From the NCBI GenBank assembly GCA_964357605.1, contig CAYHLX010000002.1:569-64568 (forward strand): DNA of 64,000 bases, read 5' to 3'. This DNA is from an uncultured Candidatus Saccharibacteria bacterium (lineage in GTDB: Bacteria; Patescibacteriota; Minisyncoccia; Phycocordibacterales; PALSA-1337). Under the pieces are notes generated by a model. It saw only the letters and a list, made by a program, of their open reading frames with translations, was not told the DNA's origin and searched no databases. Positions 18,691 through 28,893 of the stretch are shown here, piece by piece. A program made the position numbers and the translations under genes. Positions within the stretch are counted from its first letter, which is position 1. Each line of letters opens with the position of its first letter.

Positions 18691-20447
18691 GAATCGTGTT
18701 GCATTTTATAAAAATAGGAATCATTATTTTTTAGTAAATCTTCCGGACTTCCCTTTTCTACTATTTTCCCGCGGTTAAGAACCATGATAGTGTTCGCTTC
18801 AGAAACAGTGGATGGCCGGTGAGCAATAATAAAAACAGTGACAATTCCCTTTAGTTTTGAAATAGCTTCATGAATAAGTTGTTCTGATTCGTGATCAAGA
18901 GCACTAGTTGCTTCATCCAAGATCAGAAGTGATGGCTTACCAGCGAGCGCCCGAGCCAAAGCTATACGCTGACGTTGGCCGCCAGAAAGCATCACTCCTC
19001 TATCTCCCGTAGTAGTTTTAAATCCTTCAGGTAATCCCATAATAAAATTATAGATATTGGCCTGTTTTGCCGCATTTTCGATATCTTCTTTTGTTAAATT
19101 TTTATTATAAAACCTGATATTTTCCTCAATAGTATCGTTAATCAAGAAAACATCCTGTGACACGTAACCAATATGGGTTCGCCATTCCTCCAATGAAATG
19201 GAAGTACTAGGTATCCCATCAACCAAAATCGTCCCTTGATTAGGCTTAAAAAGACGCAGGATGAGATCAGCAATTGAGGTTTTACCCGCCCCAGAAGGTC
19301 CTACGATGCCTACGATTTCTCCCGCTCGCACAGAGAAATCAACAGAATCAAGAATGGTCTTACCTTCTTCATACGAGAACGAGACTGATTTAAAAGCAAG
19401 TTCCTTACGAAAAACAAAAAGTTCTGTACCTTCGGTAGACTCACGATGTTTATCTAGACTATGCTTAAAGTCTGCAAGATTCTTGGCATATGGCAATAGA
19501 CCACTCACGGATTGCATAGCATTTTGTCCAGATTCTAGATAAGCAAAGATTTTTTGAATTAAATACAAAGAGGCGGTAAAGGAAATAATATTAAATTCTG
19601 GAGTATGGTACGTCAACAAGAAAAGTAGTGTCACGAGAACAATGGCAGATGGCTGAAAAAAACTAGTACTCAAAGTACCAACAAACGATTGCTTAATTGA
19701 AAGATGTCGCAAGAGACGAATATGAGTTGCGCCATTAAAAATAGCTGCGCGCTCCGCTCCAGAAGCCTTGATAGATTTCATGCCGATAATATGTTCACTC
19801 AAGAATTGAGCGAACTGCTTTTCAACTCCCGCCGTTTGTCTACCCAAACGTTCTGTGCGATGGAGAAATGGTCTCAAGAGAAGCATGAGACAGGCACCCC
19901 CACCTACCGCATAGAAAGTCATTACTGGTGAAATATTTATAGCCACCAGCAAATACATCAAAAAACCACTAAAAGACTGGATGACTTGAACCACCGCTCC
20001 TAAAAGACCACCTGTCTGCTGAACATCACGAACCAAAGTATTATGCATCGTGCCGATCTTTTGTTTCAAAGAAAAAGACCATGAGGAAAGAAGGGTGCGA
20101 TGCATCACATCCTCACTTTCTTTACCCAGAAAATCAGCATTGATCCAACCACGAATATATCCAAAGGTAATAACAGAAATTGCTCTCAGTATAAAAAGCA
20201 CCAAAATAAACCCTAGCAAATAGCGGAAACTGAACGGGATGTGCAAGAAACTAAACAGTGTTTGAACTATTTCATTGATAAAATCAGTTGCCACTCCACC
20301 ACCCATAAAAAATGACATGAGTGGTACAACGGCATTTATACCAATACCTTCAAGTAAAGGGCTCAAAATTCCAAAAGCGGACAAGGCCAGTACGTGCCAA
20401 CGATACCTGCTAAATGTTGCCCAGAGGGTTTTTATAGTGTTTTTCAT
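18687..20447 (-). CDS. ABC transporter permease/ATP-binding protein (MsbA-like exporter)
   Basis: An N-terminal 6-TM domain. Walker A GPSGAGKTS, the ABC signature LSGGQRQRIALARAL, and Walker B LLILDEATSALD. Confidence 0.85.
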   Translation of the reverse strand: MKNTIKTLWATFSRYRWHVLALSAFGILSPLLEGIGINAVVPLMSFFMGGGVATDFINEIVQTLFSFLHIPFSFRYLLGFILVLFILRAISVITFGYIRGWINADFLGKESEDVMHRTLLSSWSFSLKQKIGTMHNTLVRDVQQTGGLLGAVVQVIQSFSGFLMYLLVAINISPVMTFYAVGGGACLMLLLRPFLHRTERLGRQTAGVEKQFAQFLSEHIIGMKSIKASGAERAAIFNGATHIRLLRHLSIKQSFVGTLSTSFFQPSAIVLVTLLFLLTYHTPEFNIISFTASLYLIQKIFAYLESGQNAMQSVSGLLPYAKNLADFKHSLDKHRESTEGTELFVFRKELAFKSVSFSYEEGKTILDSVDFSVRAGEIVGIVGPSGAGKTSIADLILRLFKPNQGTILVDGIPSTSISLEEWRTHIGYVSQDVFLINDTIEENIRFYNKNLTKEDIENAAKQANIYNFIMGLPEGFKTTTGDRGVMLSGGQRQRIALARALAGKPSLLILDEATSALDHESEQLIHEAISKLKGIVTVFIIAHRPSTVSEANTIMVLNRGKIVEKGSPEDLLKNNDSYFYKMQHDS

Positions 20448-20490
20448 GTTGTCACAATAACTATACCAGCGTTATGCACCAAATACCACA

Positions 20491-21327
20491 TTATCCCTTG
20501 ATATGTAGCACATTAGGAGTTGGCAAAGACAATCGTTCTAACTGCGCCGAGGAACGAGCATTTTTTGATTTTAGGTTTTGTAGATATCTATCATGGCGTT
20601 TGACACTCCATCCATGAGTATTGATCACCAGGTTGCCTTCTGGAAGAACAACCAATTTGGCTATCGCCTTGCCTGGCCACAATATTTGTTGGGCCGCAAT
20701 AGTCCCCATTTCTTCCATACCAGCATTGTCAGGATCGTGCAGTGAATCTGCTGCCAAAACAAAACCTGTATGCACGAGATGTTTGATAGACCAGAGTGCA
20801 TATGTGTTCCATGGAATCTGTAAGCCACTGGCATTTTTTACCAAAACATTCTTACCGGGCAAAGCCTTGATATCGTGACCTGTGAGACAGGCGCCAACCA
20901 CCAGTGTTTGTTTATCAAAATACGATTGAAGCAAGGAGACTATGGGTTTAGTAACTGGATATTCCGTACTTACAAATAATAAGTGGTTCATATCTAATTC
21001 TGCGCTCTTTATAAGCAACGCATTCGGTGCCTGCACCACCTTACCCCACGGGGTTACTGAAAAAGCATTAACTTTAGGATATTTATTTTTCATGAAATCA
21101 GAGCTTCTCGCCAAATCTACCTCGGAATGTATCGCCACAAAAATACTGCTTGGTTGTACGATCATTAGTGCCGCCTCAACCCACGTCTCCAGACGCTCTA
21201 TATCTCCTTCTGACAACCCATAAAAACGTGTCGCAATACCGAACTTCTGATACATGTTGATTACAGCAAAGGATAGGCGTTCAAAGTAAATCCAGCCTCG
21301 AAATCTACCACTGCCCCAGTCACCCAT
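20491..21327 (-). CDS. Hypothetical protein
   Basis: A 278-aa ORF. It overlaps the upstream SDR gene by 67 nt if it starts at 21327. The start is probably the internal Met near 21255. Confidence 0.45.
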   Translation of the reverse strand: MGDWGSGRFRGWIYFERLSFAVINMYQKFGIATRFYGLSEGDIERLETWVEAALMIVQPSSIFVAIHSEVDLARSSDFMKNKYPKVNAFSVTPWGKVVQAPNALLIKSAELDMNHLLFVSTEYPVTKPIVSLLQSYFDKQTLVVGACLTGHDIKALPGKNVLVKNASGLQIPWNTYALWSIKHLVHTGFVLAADSLHDPDNAGMEEMGTIAAQQILWPGKAIAKLVVLPEGNLVINTHGWSVKRHDRYLQNLKSKNARSSAQLERLSLPTPNVLHIKG

Positions 21328-21971
21328 TGAGCCACGCCATCTCCAAGCATTACAATATACTTAGCTACGGCTTCAGGAGGGATAAGCTCGTGTTGCGGTA
21401 GACGTTTCTTTGTTGCCTCAAGAATAAGTGGGTTGGCTTTGGTTGACTTCATCAATTTGTTGAGTGGTCCGAGTCTAATAGCATGTGTAGAAATACCATA
21501 CTGACCCCATTCTACAGCCAATTGTCTAGTTAAACCCTCAAGTCCAGCTTTGGAGGTGGTATAAGCAGCACGATTTGGATAAGGATACCTAGCATTCATA
21601 GAGGTAACAGTCACAAATGTTCCCTTGGCCTCTTTTAAACCAGAAAATGCGGCTCGAGCAAACAGAAAAGCCCCTTTCAAATTTACATTCAACACCTCAT
21701 CCCATTCTTGCTCTGTTATTTCCTGAACTGGTTTAACGAGATTTATACCCGCGGCATACACCGCGAGATCAATATGAGGAGGAAGTTTTTCATAAGAGGA
21801 AGCAAATTTTGCATCCGGATGATTGGGGCTATTCCAGGTTTCATCTATTTTATACCCAGCCTTTTTCAGATCTGCTACAATAGCCAACCCAAGATTGCCA
21901 GTAGCACCAACTACTACTGCAATCTTTTTTTTCTTAGACAAAGTCATATTGTTTATTTTACTTTTTCCCAT
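21261..21971 (-). CDS. Short-chain dehydrogenase/reductase (SDR) family oxidoreductase (PtmA-like context)
   Basis: Rossmann motif VVGATGNLGLAIV and the catalytic YTTSKAGLEGL (YxxxK). Confidence 0.8.
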   Translation of the reverse strand: MGKSKINNMTLSKKKKIAVVVGATGNLGLAIVADLKKAGYKIDETWNSPNHPDAKFASSYEKLPPHIDLAVYAAGINLVKPVQEITEQEWDEVLNVNLKGAFLFARAAFSGLKEAKGTFVTVTSMNARYPYPNRAAYTTSKAGLEGLTRQLAVEWGQYGISTHAIRLGPLNKLMKSTKANPLILEATKKRLPQHELIPPEAVAKYIVMLGDGVAQWVTGAVVDFEAGFTLNAYPLL

Positions 21972-22537
21972 GTCTTTTTCTTAGCTACATAAACCCAGAT
22001 ATATGAAACATGCACTTTAGGTTCACCAACGACAGGATGATAACCCATAGGCACTGTACCAAAAGTATGATCTTTGATTGGCCAGACAGTATCGACAGCA
22101 GAATTATCATACCAAACCCCCTTACCAACTTGGATACCACGTTGACTAGCGCCCTCTAAAAGATAGAAAAAGACTTCTTCAAAACCTGGTTCTGTGTTGA
22201 GTTCAAAATCATGAGGTAAACTTGACCATGTACCTTCACCACGATGTATGGTGATACCAAGACGCATTGTAGGAGCAGGCCCTTTTGGTTTTAGATAATG
22301 ATAAACGTCTCGTTGCGCATTTCCTTCGCCAACGACCATAGCATGTGCATCTTTCATACCGATAGTGACTGGTTTCTTGCCTTTCGCTGTAAAAATAACC
22401 TTTTCTATTTTTCCATTTTTCAGAAAAACTTGGGCATGTTCACCTGGTGCTTCAAATACCAGAACATCATCCTTACCTGTCACTTTTAAAGTATCTAATT
22501 GAGCCTTATTGGACCATTCATATGTCATATTTTTCAT
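21953..22537 (-). CDS. Hypothetical protein, possible cupin-fold sugar-modifying enzyme
   Basis: 194 aa with no diagnostic motif. Its position inside the sugar-biosynthesis operon is the main reason for the cupin suggestion. Confidence 0.45.
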   Translation of the reverse strand: MKNMTYEWSNKAQLDTLKVTGKDDVLVFEAPGEHAQVFLKNGKIEKVIFTAKGKKPVTIGMKDAHAMVVGEGNAQRDVYHYLKPKGPAPTMRLGITIHRGEGTWSSLPHDFELNTEPGFEEVFFYLLEGASQRGIQVGKGVWYDNSAVDTVWPIKDHTFGTVPMGYHPVVGEPKVHVSYIWVYVAKKKTWEKVK

Positions 22538-22561
22538 ATATTATCACATTTAGATGGATAA

Positions 22562-23425
22562 TCAAATCTTGCGTTTCAAACTCAAAATCTGCACATCACC
22601 GAAGCCCAATCTCTTGGCTGTTTGGTCAAATACCCTCTTATACGGCTGAGGAACTATGGTACCGGGGGTATTGGAACCAAAGCTACAATACTTATCTATT
22701 ACAAGCCCCGTTCGTTTGGCGAGTCTTTCCATTCCTACTTTTGAAGCCATGCTCAAGTGTTGTACTGGTAAAAGATGGGGCCAGTTATTTCCATAAAGTT
22801 CTCCTAGAATACCAAATCTAGGTGTCTCGAGAAAAATTCTTCCCTTAGGAGTAAGTAGTTTTTTCAACATCTCTATGACGGCTGTCGGATCCTCAACATG
22901 CTCTATCACATCCCACAAAGTGATGAGGTCAAATTTCATCTTGATCGTGCTAATATCTTTTAAAGGAAAGACATTCCAGCCATTTTTCCTAGCCTGATCT
23001 AACATCCCTTCCGACAAATCTGTACCGTATAGTTTTGTCTTAGAGCCAAAATAATCTTTACAAAATTCAAGAAAAACTCCATCAGCACAACCAAAATCGA
23101 GAATTGATTTTACATCTTTTTTCTTAATCTCGATATCCTGGAGGGACATCGCATATTCTGCAAAAACGGTCGGGCGATATTCTTTTGAATACCTGATTCT
23201 ACAATCAACACCTGGATGTGGCTGCAATCTCTTGTTGAGATAATCATTTTCATAAACCTTTCTAATCACCTCCTTAGGCGGTCTTGGTAAAATCATCAAA
23301 CTTTCACAAGCGCTACATTTATACCAACTGGAATTCAAATCTTCCCAGAGAATTTGAGCATGAAATACTTTTTTCCCTTTATTTCCGCACCAGACGCAGG
23401 TAGCTACTTTGTGTTTGTTTTTCAT
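22562..23425 (-). CDS. Class I SAM-dependent methyltransferase with N-terminal zinc ribbon
   Basis: The SAM-binding motif ILDFGCADGVFLE, and an N-terminal CVWCG...CSAC. Confidence 0.75.
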   Translation of the reverse strand: MKNKHKVATCVWCGNKGKKVFHAQILWEDLNSSWYKCSACESLMILPRPPKEVIRKVYENDYLNKRLQPHPGVDCRIRYSKEYRPTVFAEYAMSLQDIEIKKKDVKSILDFGCADGVFLEFCKDYFGSKTKLYGTDLSEGMLDQARKNGWNVFPLKDISTIKMKFDLITLWDVIEHVEDPTAVIEMLKKLLTPKGRIFLETPRFGILGELYGNNWPHLLPVQHLSMASKVGMERLAKRTGLVIDKYCSFGSNTPGTIVPQPYKRVFDQTAKRLGFGDVQILSLKRKI

Positions 23426-24654
23426 TTAATAAATTTTTCAGCTAATAAATTTTTATGTGCTTCACGCAAAGAATCTGTCCGATCGTACGCTGAACCAAAA
23501 ACAAACTTTCTGCCAATACAATCTTGGGCATCAATCTCGACTTTCGCGAGCATTGAGGCAAACAATTTTTCATCATGATATTTAAAATATTTATCAAAAT
23601 ATTCGGGAGTTAATTTCTCGCCTAACGCAAAACCAAGCATCCCTCCTACAAAATCTCCTCCTCGACGAGGTGTCGTCCACGATGAATCCCAACCGCCAGA
23701 AAGACGTGGGGTAAGCTCTATAATGCGTGGTCCATCTGGGGTCAGCATGATGTCGGCCTTGAGTACATGTCCTCCCTTCTGCTTATCCATTCCCAAGGCA
23801 ATGCCCGCTTTACGAATCATATCTTCAACCTCTTTGGTTGTTTCAGACGAATGTACAGCCGGATTAATATGGGCAAGTTCAACCGCCCAAGAAGTATTCT
23901 TGTATGGATTTTCACTTTCTGTCCACAAGCCAGGGAAAAAATCAAAATCTTTACGAAAAAGACGGTCAACCCAGTTTAACCAAGTCATTTTTCCATCGTA
24001 CCATAGCGTCTCTGCCGACTGTTCGGCGATTTCTCCTGAAACAGGAATGAGCAGTTCTTCGATGATAGCAGAATTGGTTGTACCATTTTTTACAGCACGT
24101 TCAAAAACTTCTTTGGTCAGAGCGGCTTCAGATTCAATATGAGAAAATCCACGACTCCCAGAGTTGTTTGGTGGCTTGAGAGCTGCCGGTGTGCCAATTT
24201 CTCGTAAAGCTTCCAGGGCTTCAGTATGAGTTCTAACTACCTTAAATTTTGGCTGTGGAATTCCTGCTTTAGTCAAAACAGCACGCGTTTCGTATTTGTA
24301 ACGACAAGTGTGTGAAATTTCTGGATCAATACCAGGTAAACCTAGGTGACGAGCAACCCTAGCGACAGTTTCGTGGCAGTCAGCACCAGAAGTAAAAACT
24401 GCTTTGATCTCATATTTTTCCTTGAGCTCATCTGCCTTGGCGATATTTTTATCAATGTTGAAAGTATCAAGATGGATAAATTCATCTGTCATCGAATGTA
24501 AGGCACATTCTGGCGATCCATCAGTAATAATAAGCTTATACCCACGTTCTTTTATCTTCTCTGCAGCTGGTCTCTGCATTGGACCACCGGCAAATAGCCA
24601 GACTGCTAAGGGTTTTGTGGATAGTGATTTTTTCATGTTATTTCTTTCTAGCAA
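23422..24654 (-). CDS. ATP-grasp domain protein
   Basis: 410 aa. The length and Gly-rich/acidic patterning fit the ATP-grasp ligase family. It is ATGA-coupled to its neighbours. Confidence 0.6.
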   Translation of the reverse strand: MLERNNMKKSLSTKPLAVWLFAGGPMQRPAAEKIKERGYKLIITDGSPECALHSMTDEFIHLDTFNIDKNIAKADELKEKYEIKAVFTSGADCHETVARVARHLGLPGIDPEISHTCRYKYETRAVLTKAGIPQPKFKVVRTHTEALEALREIGTPAALKPPNNSGSRGFSHIESEAALTKEVFERAVKNGTTNSAIIEELLIPVSGEIAEQSAETLWYDGKMTWLNWVDRLFRKDFDFFPGLWTESENPYKNTSWAVELAHINPAVHSSETTKEVEDMIRKAGIALGMDKQKGGHVLKADIMLTPDGPRIIELTPRLSGGWDSSWTTPRRGGDFVGGMLGFALGEKLTPEYFDKYFKYHDEKLFASMLAKVEIDAQDCIGRKFVFGSAYDRTDSLREAHKNLLAEKFIK

Positions 24655-25525
24655 TAATCAAAAATTCTCTCCCGATACCTGCAGTCGCCAGACCAGTATA
24701 GAGGTTGTTTAGTATATCAGAATCTTTTTTGTAAAGCATTAATTCAAAGGCTTTACGATCTTTGTGACAAGCGCGCCCGACAATATGATCACCTACGTAG
24801 TTTCTACCTGAAAGCAGGAAGGTTTCCAGAGGAAAAGTTCCCAAAACATCTTCAATCACAAAACCTAAACGCTCTAATAATCGCTTCATACTTTCTACAG
24901 TAAAATAATTGAGGTGATGTTTGGGCACAACCCACCATGGTTTAAATCCGTGTTCTTTGCGTAAAATAAGTTGGAGGGGATTATAATCATTTGGACAAAA
25001 GATCGCCAGATGTCCACCTTTCTTTAACATCTTTTTCATCTCACTGATAAACCCGATTGCATCTGGCACATGTTCTAGGACCAAAGCCGCGTGCACGACA
25101 TCAAAGAGTCCTAGCCCCTTAGCTCGATCGTAAATAAAAAAATCATTAATAGTCACAAATCCGCGTTTATTGCTGTATTCAGCTGCCATCGCTGATGGTT
25201 CTATGCCGATAGTCTTCCATCCTAGTTTTTTCCCACAATTCAAAAAGTGTCCCGGGCCTGATCCGATATCAAGAAGAGTACGTCCCTTGGTACGTTTTTC
25301 TAATAACTTATAGTAATTATTGTAAGTCGCCATCCACCAAGGCAAGTCTTCTTTGGTTTCTTTAAAATAGTTTGGTCGTTCGTGTTGATAAAATTCCTGC
25401 TCGTAAAATTTTTTTAGTTCTGCTTCAGTCGGAGTTGGATAAACATGAACAAATCCGCAGGTTTTGCAATCAATAACCTTTATCCCCTCTTTTTGGTCTA
25501 AAATCTTTCCAGAGTGTTTTTTCAT
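24638..25525 (-). CDS. Class I SAM-dependent methyltransferase
   Basis: LLDIGSGPGHFLNCGKKLGWKTIGIEPS is SAM-binding motif I. Confidence 0.75.
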   Translation of the reverse strand: MKKHSGKILDQKEGIKVIDCKTCGFVHVYPTPTEAELKKFYEQEFYQHERPNYFKETKEDLPWWMATYNNYYKLLEKRTKGRTLLDIGSGPGHFLNCGKKLGWKTIGIEPSAMAAEYSNKRGFVTINDFFIYDRAKGLGLFDVVHAALVLEHVPDAIGFISEMKKMLKKGGHLAIFCPNDYNPLQLILRKEHGFKPWWVVPKHHLNYFTVESMKRLLERLGFVIEDVLGTFPLETFLLSGRNYVGDHIVGRACHKDRKAFELMLYKKDSDILNNLYTGLATAGIGREFLIIARKK

Positions 25526-26556
25526 GCTTCTAGATCGTTATAGGTAATCGGAGATCGGGCAGAGATAGCGCGGAGAGTTTTTTTACCTATAATTTTTCCT
25601 AGATCCTTAGGTTCAATACCACGCAGTGGACGCAAAGTAATTATCATTGAAACATCGAGAGGTTCACCTTTTTTTATATCACGAAGGGCATAGAGAGAGC
25701 GGCGTGTTCCACGTTCTTTTATCTCATCCATTACACGATCTGGAGCAGAAACTGGTTCTTTTACCCCCGAACGAGACATGGCCTCTTCTAAGGAACGAAT
25801 TTCTGTTACCATATTTTTGAATTGAGCGATCGTCATTGAATTCTTGTCGTCATTACTATTTCCCTCCTGTGAATCAGTAATATGACGCTCAATCATACAA
25901 GCCCCGAGAGCAATGGCGCCAAGAGTAGCTACATTAGAAGACGGGTCTGCATGATCAGAATAGCCAATAGGTCTATTCAATTCATGTCTAAGGGTCTGTA
26001 TTGCTTTAAGATTAAGATCTTTAAATTGAGGAGGATAAAGAGAAACACAATGCAAAACGATAATCTGATCATTTCCTTCTTGCTTGATAACATCTACCGC
26101 ATGCTTTACTTCTTCTAGATACGCCATACCAGTTGAAATAATAATTGGCTTACCTTTCTTGGCAAGATATCGAAGCAAGATGTCATCCGTCATTTCGTAT
26201 GACGCGACCTTGAAAGCTGGGGTGCCAGCTTTATGAAGTACGTCAACAGCCTCATGGTCAAAAGGTGTGGAGAGAAAGATTATATCTTTTTCCTTGGCTC
26301 GCGCAATAAGCTTATCAGTCCATTCGTAGGGCAATTCTGCTGATTTATAAAAACTAGATAAAGGTTCTGCCGCAATCTTGTCATGAGTTAGGTGCTGGAA
26401 CTTAACAGCATCTGCTCCAGCATGACTGGCTGCATCTATAGCCTTCAATGCTGTTTGTATATCTCCACGATGATTAGCACTAACCTCTGCAATGATAAAA
26501 ACGGGCTCTCCATCGCCAATTTTGCAATCACCAATACTTATGTTTTTTATACTCAT
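25522..26556 (-). CDS. N-acetylneuraminate/pseudaminate/legionaminate synthase family (NeuB/PseI/LegI-like) with C-terminal SAF domain
   Basis: The N-terminus IGDGEPVFIIAEVSANHRGDIQTALKAIDAASHAGADAVKFQ is the characteristic NeuB motif. Confidence 0.85.
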   Translation of the reverse strand: MSIKNISIGDCKIGDGEPVFIIAEVSANHRGDIQTALKAIDAASHAGADAVKFQHLTHDKIAAEPLSSFYKSAELPYEWTDKLIARAKEKDIIFLSTPFDHEAVDVLHKAGTPAFKVASYEMTDDILLRYLAKKGKPIIISTGMAYLEEVKHAVDVIKQEGNDQIIVLHCVSLYPPQFKDLNLKAIQTLRHELNRPIGYSDHADPSSNVATLGAIALGACMIERHITDSQEGNSNDDKNSMTIAQFKNMVTEIRSLEEAMSRSGVKEPVSAPDRVMDEIKERGTRRSLYALRDIKKGEPLDVSMIITLRPLRGIEPKDLGKIIGKKTLRAISARSPITYNDLEA

Positions 26557-26570
26557 AAAGTTTCTTAATA

Positions 26571-27215
26571 CTACACCAGCCGTTCTTTTTTGTCTTCTGG
26601 TGGAGCGGCATGATATGTGCCCAAACGCAAAGCTTCTATGCCACGCGCTTCAGACTCCAACCTTTTTTTATAGGCCGAAGTAGCCTTGATATCTTCAAAA
26701 GTTTTGCTAAATTCCGGACGAACACGAACAATAACATCTTCTGCAGAAATAAAATGAGCCTCAATCGAAGTATCGAGGGTATTCCACATCGCCTGCACTC
26801 GTGGTAAATGAAATTCATTAGTCACAAAAATAATTGATTTCCAATGATGTTTTTGTGCCAGAACAAAAGCTTGAGCAAGTCCACTCATAGTTGTAGTAGA
26901 TATCTCTTCGCACACAATACGTTCTGGTTTCACTCCAAGCTCTAGAAGTTCCCGCTCCATCACGGCGGCATGTGTTACAGGCTTTCCTTTACCTGCACCT
27001 CCTCTACCAGTGGTCACTAGCTTGGCCTTTGGATATTCACTCGCCAAGATCGCCCCAGCCTCAACCCGAACATAACCTCCTAGAGTACCGAAAGCATCAC
27101 CATCACTGTATGAAGTTGAATGATATACCCCATCTTCTGAAAGAACAGTTCCCCCGGTAATAACAAAGATAGCCTCAGGGGACATCATTTTATTTATCTT
27201 TTTATCTTGCTCCAT
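26571..27215 (-). CDS. DUF218/YdcF-like protein
   Basis: The motifs FVITGG...KLVTTGRGGAGKG...FVTNEFHLPRV match the DUF218 signature (GG...SGG...TS.YHMPR). Confidence 0.5.
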   Translation of the reverse strand: MEQDKKINKMMSPEAIFVITGGTVLSEDGVYHSTSYSDGDAFGTLGGYVRVEAGAILASEYPKAKLVTTGRGGAGKGKPVTHAAVMERELLELGVKPERIVCEEISTTTMSGLAQAFVLAQKHHWKSIIFVTNEFHLPRVQAMWNTLDTSIEAHFISAEDVIVRVRPEFSKTFEDIKATSAYKKRLESEARGIEALRLGTYHAAPPEDKKERLV

Positions 27216-28114
27216 AAACTTGGATTAATTGCCCCCCTATTTAAATCTTTAAAAGATTCTCTGATTTCGGCCACGAAGCTGTCACTTTTAAAAGCTGATT
27301 GAGTGATCTTAACATCTTTAATTAGCTGTTCAGGAGTATCCACTCCAAAAACAATGTAGTCGGCGCGACATCCAACCTGAACAAAATGTAATGCGGCCTC
27401 TGTTGGTGTTAAATTATACTTTAGAGCAATAGAGATAAATCTTTCTAAATGAGGGCGTAAGTATGAGAGATGCACTGGCAATTCACTTGGTTTCATGAGC
27501 AATAATCCTTGCAAAAAGGGGCTGCGGGCAAAAACAGTAACTTTATTCTTTTTGGCAATTTCAAAAAAATCAGTGGCATCTAACCTTTGATCAAAAGCGT
27601 TGTAAGGAACTTGAACATAGTCCATTCCAAGACTTACAGCCTGTAAAGCTTCAGCCTCATCATAGACCGACACACCGATATTTTTAACCAAACCACTTTT
27701 TTTAACTTTCTTTAGTCCCTCTATCATATGATCCAAGTAAACATAATGCGGAGAATGAAAAAGATAACCATCTAGATAATCTAGACCTAAACGCTTCAAG
27801 GACTTCTCCAATTCCATTTTCACAATATCGGAAGATTTTGTCCCATCTGGATAATCATTCAGAGCATGAGGTTTCATTTTAGAAATTATACTGACCTTAC
27901 CAGCAAGCGATCTTTCCTTTATCCAAGCACCAAGCACATCTTCAGCTGTACCATAAGCCCAAGCGGTGTCAAAAGTAGTAATTCCAGAAGCCAAAGCCTC
28001 ATCCAAGATAGCGAATGATTCGTCTGTGGTTGGTTGACCTAAAGTGTTATTAAGGCCATATTTCAATCCAAATTGGACAGTACCCAAAACTAGTTTTGTT
28101 TTTGGTGATTTCAT
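27194..28114 (-). CDS. Aldo/keto reductase
   Basis: LGTVQFGLKYGLNN...ILDEALASGITTFDTAWAYGTAEDVLG is the AKR N-terminal signature. Confidence 0.8.
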   Translation of the reverse strand: MKSPKTKLVLGTVQFGLKYGLNNTLGQPTTDESFAILDEALASGITTFDTAWAYGTAEDVLGAWIKERSLAGKVSIISKMKPHALNDYPDGTKSSDIVKMELEKSLKRLGLDYLDGYLFHSPHYVYLDHMIEGLKKVKKSGLVKNIGVSVYDEAEALQAVSLGMDYVQVPYNAFDQRLDATDFFEIAKKNKVTVFARSPFLQGLLLMKPSELPVHLSYLRPHLERFISIALKYNLTPTEAALHFVQVGCRADYIVFGVDTPEQLIKDVKITQSAFKSDSFVAEIRESFKDLNRGAINPSLWSKIKR

Positions 28115-28893
28115 TTAATCTTTTTTTTAAATTCTTCATCCTCTTTCAAAGATTTTACTAAACCTTCATATCCTGTACCACCCTTATTAATATTCAACAA
28201 TTCTGGCTTTTTTGCTAATAAGGCCAGAACATCATCTTTACTAAAAGTAGGATTGAGAGGATACAGATGCTCAAAAATTTTGGTCACAAATTCAAAATCG
28301 GCCAGGGTGTCCACTGACCAATGCATCTGTGAATCATCTCTTTCCCCAGTCTTCCATTGGATAGCACGGAAACGATCTGGTCTGTTGATAAAATATCGTG
28401 TGACATGCTCACGTTCCGATGGAAGCTTGGCATTTTTTGCGGCTTCCTCAAGTGCACCAAAAGTAAAAATATTAAAATCAAGACCCTCAGGATAGTTGAG
28501 CACTGTACCAGCATAAGCGAGAGGATCGGCCGCTTCTGTAAAATGTTCGACAGCCTCATCGATCACTGCTGGATCATGTAATGGGCAATCGGCCAAAAGA
28601 ACCACGATAGCAGTATTTGGAGTCGCGCCGAAATTTTTTGCAGTTTGATAAAAACGATCAAGAACATCTTTTTCACTGCCACGAAAAACATCGGCCCCGC
28701 ATTCCTTTACCAACTTTTCTGTTTCATCATCTTCTGGGTGATCTGTTGTAGCTACAATAACTCGATCCAATTTCTTGGCACGTTTTACGCGCTCAAGCAT
28801 TTGTGCCAACATCGGACGACCCAAAATAGGCCTAAGTATCTTCCCCGGTAGACGTGTTGATCCCATACGAGCCTGAATAATACCTATGATCAT
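28111..28893 (-). CDS. Acylneuraminate cytidylyltransferase family (CMP-nonulosonic acid synthetase, NeuA/PseF/LegF-like)
   Basis: The N-terminus MIIGIIQARMGSTRLPGKILRPILGRPMLA is the CMP-sugar synthetase signature. Confidence 0.8.
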   Translation of the reverse strand: MIIGIIQARMGSTRLPGKILRPILGRPMLAQMLERVKRAKKLDRVIVATTDHPEDDETEKLVKECGADVFRGSEKDVLDRFYQTAKNFGATPNTAIVVLLADCPLHDPAVIDEAVEHFTEAADPLAYAGTVLNYPEGLDFNIFTFGALEEAAKNAKLPSEREHVTRYFINRPDRFRAIQWKTGERDDSQMHWSVDTLADFEFVTKIFEHLYPLNPTFSKDDVLALLAKKPELLNINKGGTGYEGLVKSLKEDEEFKKKIK

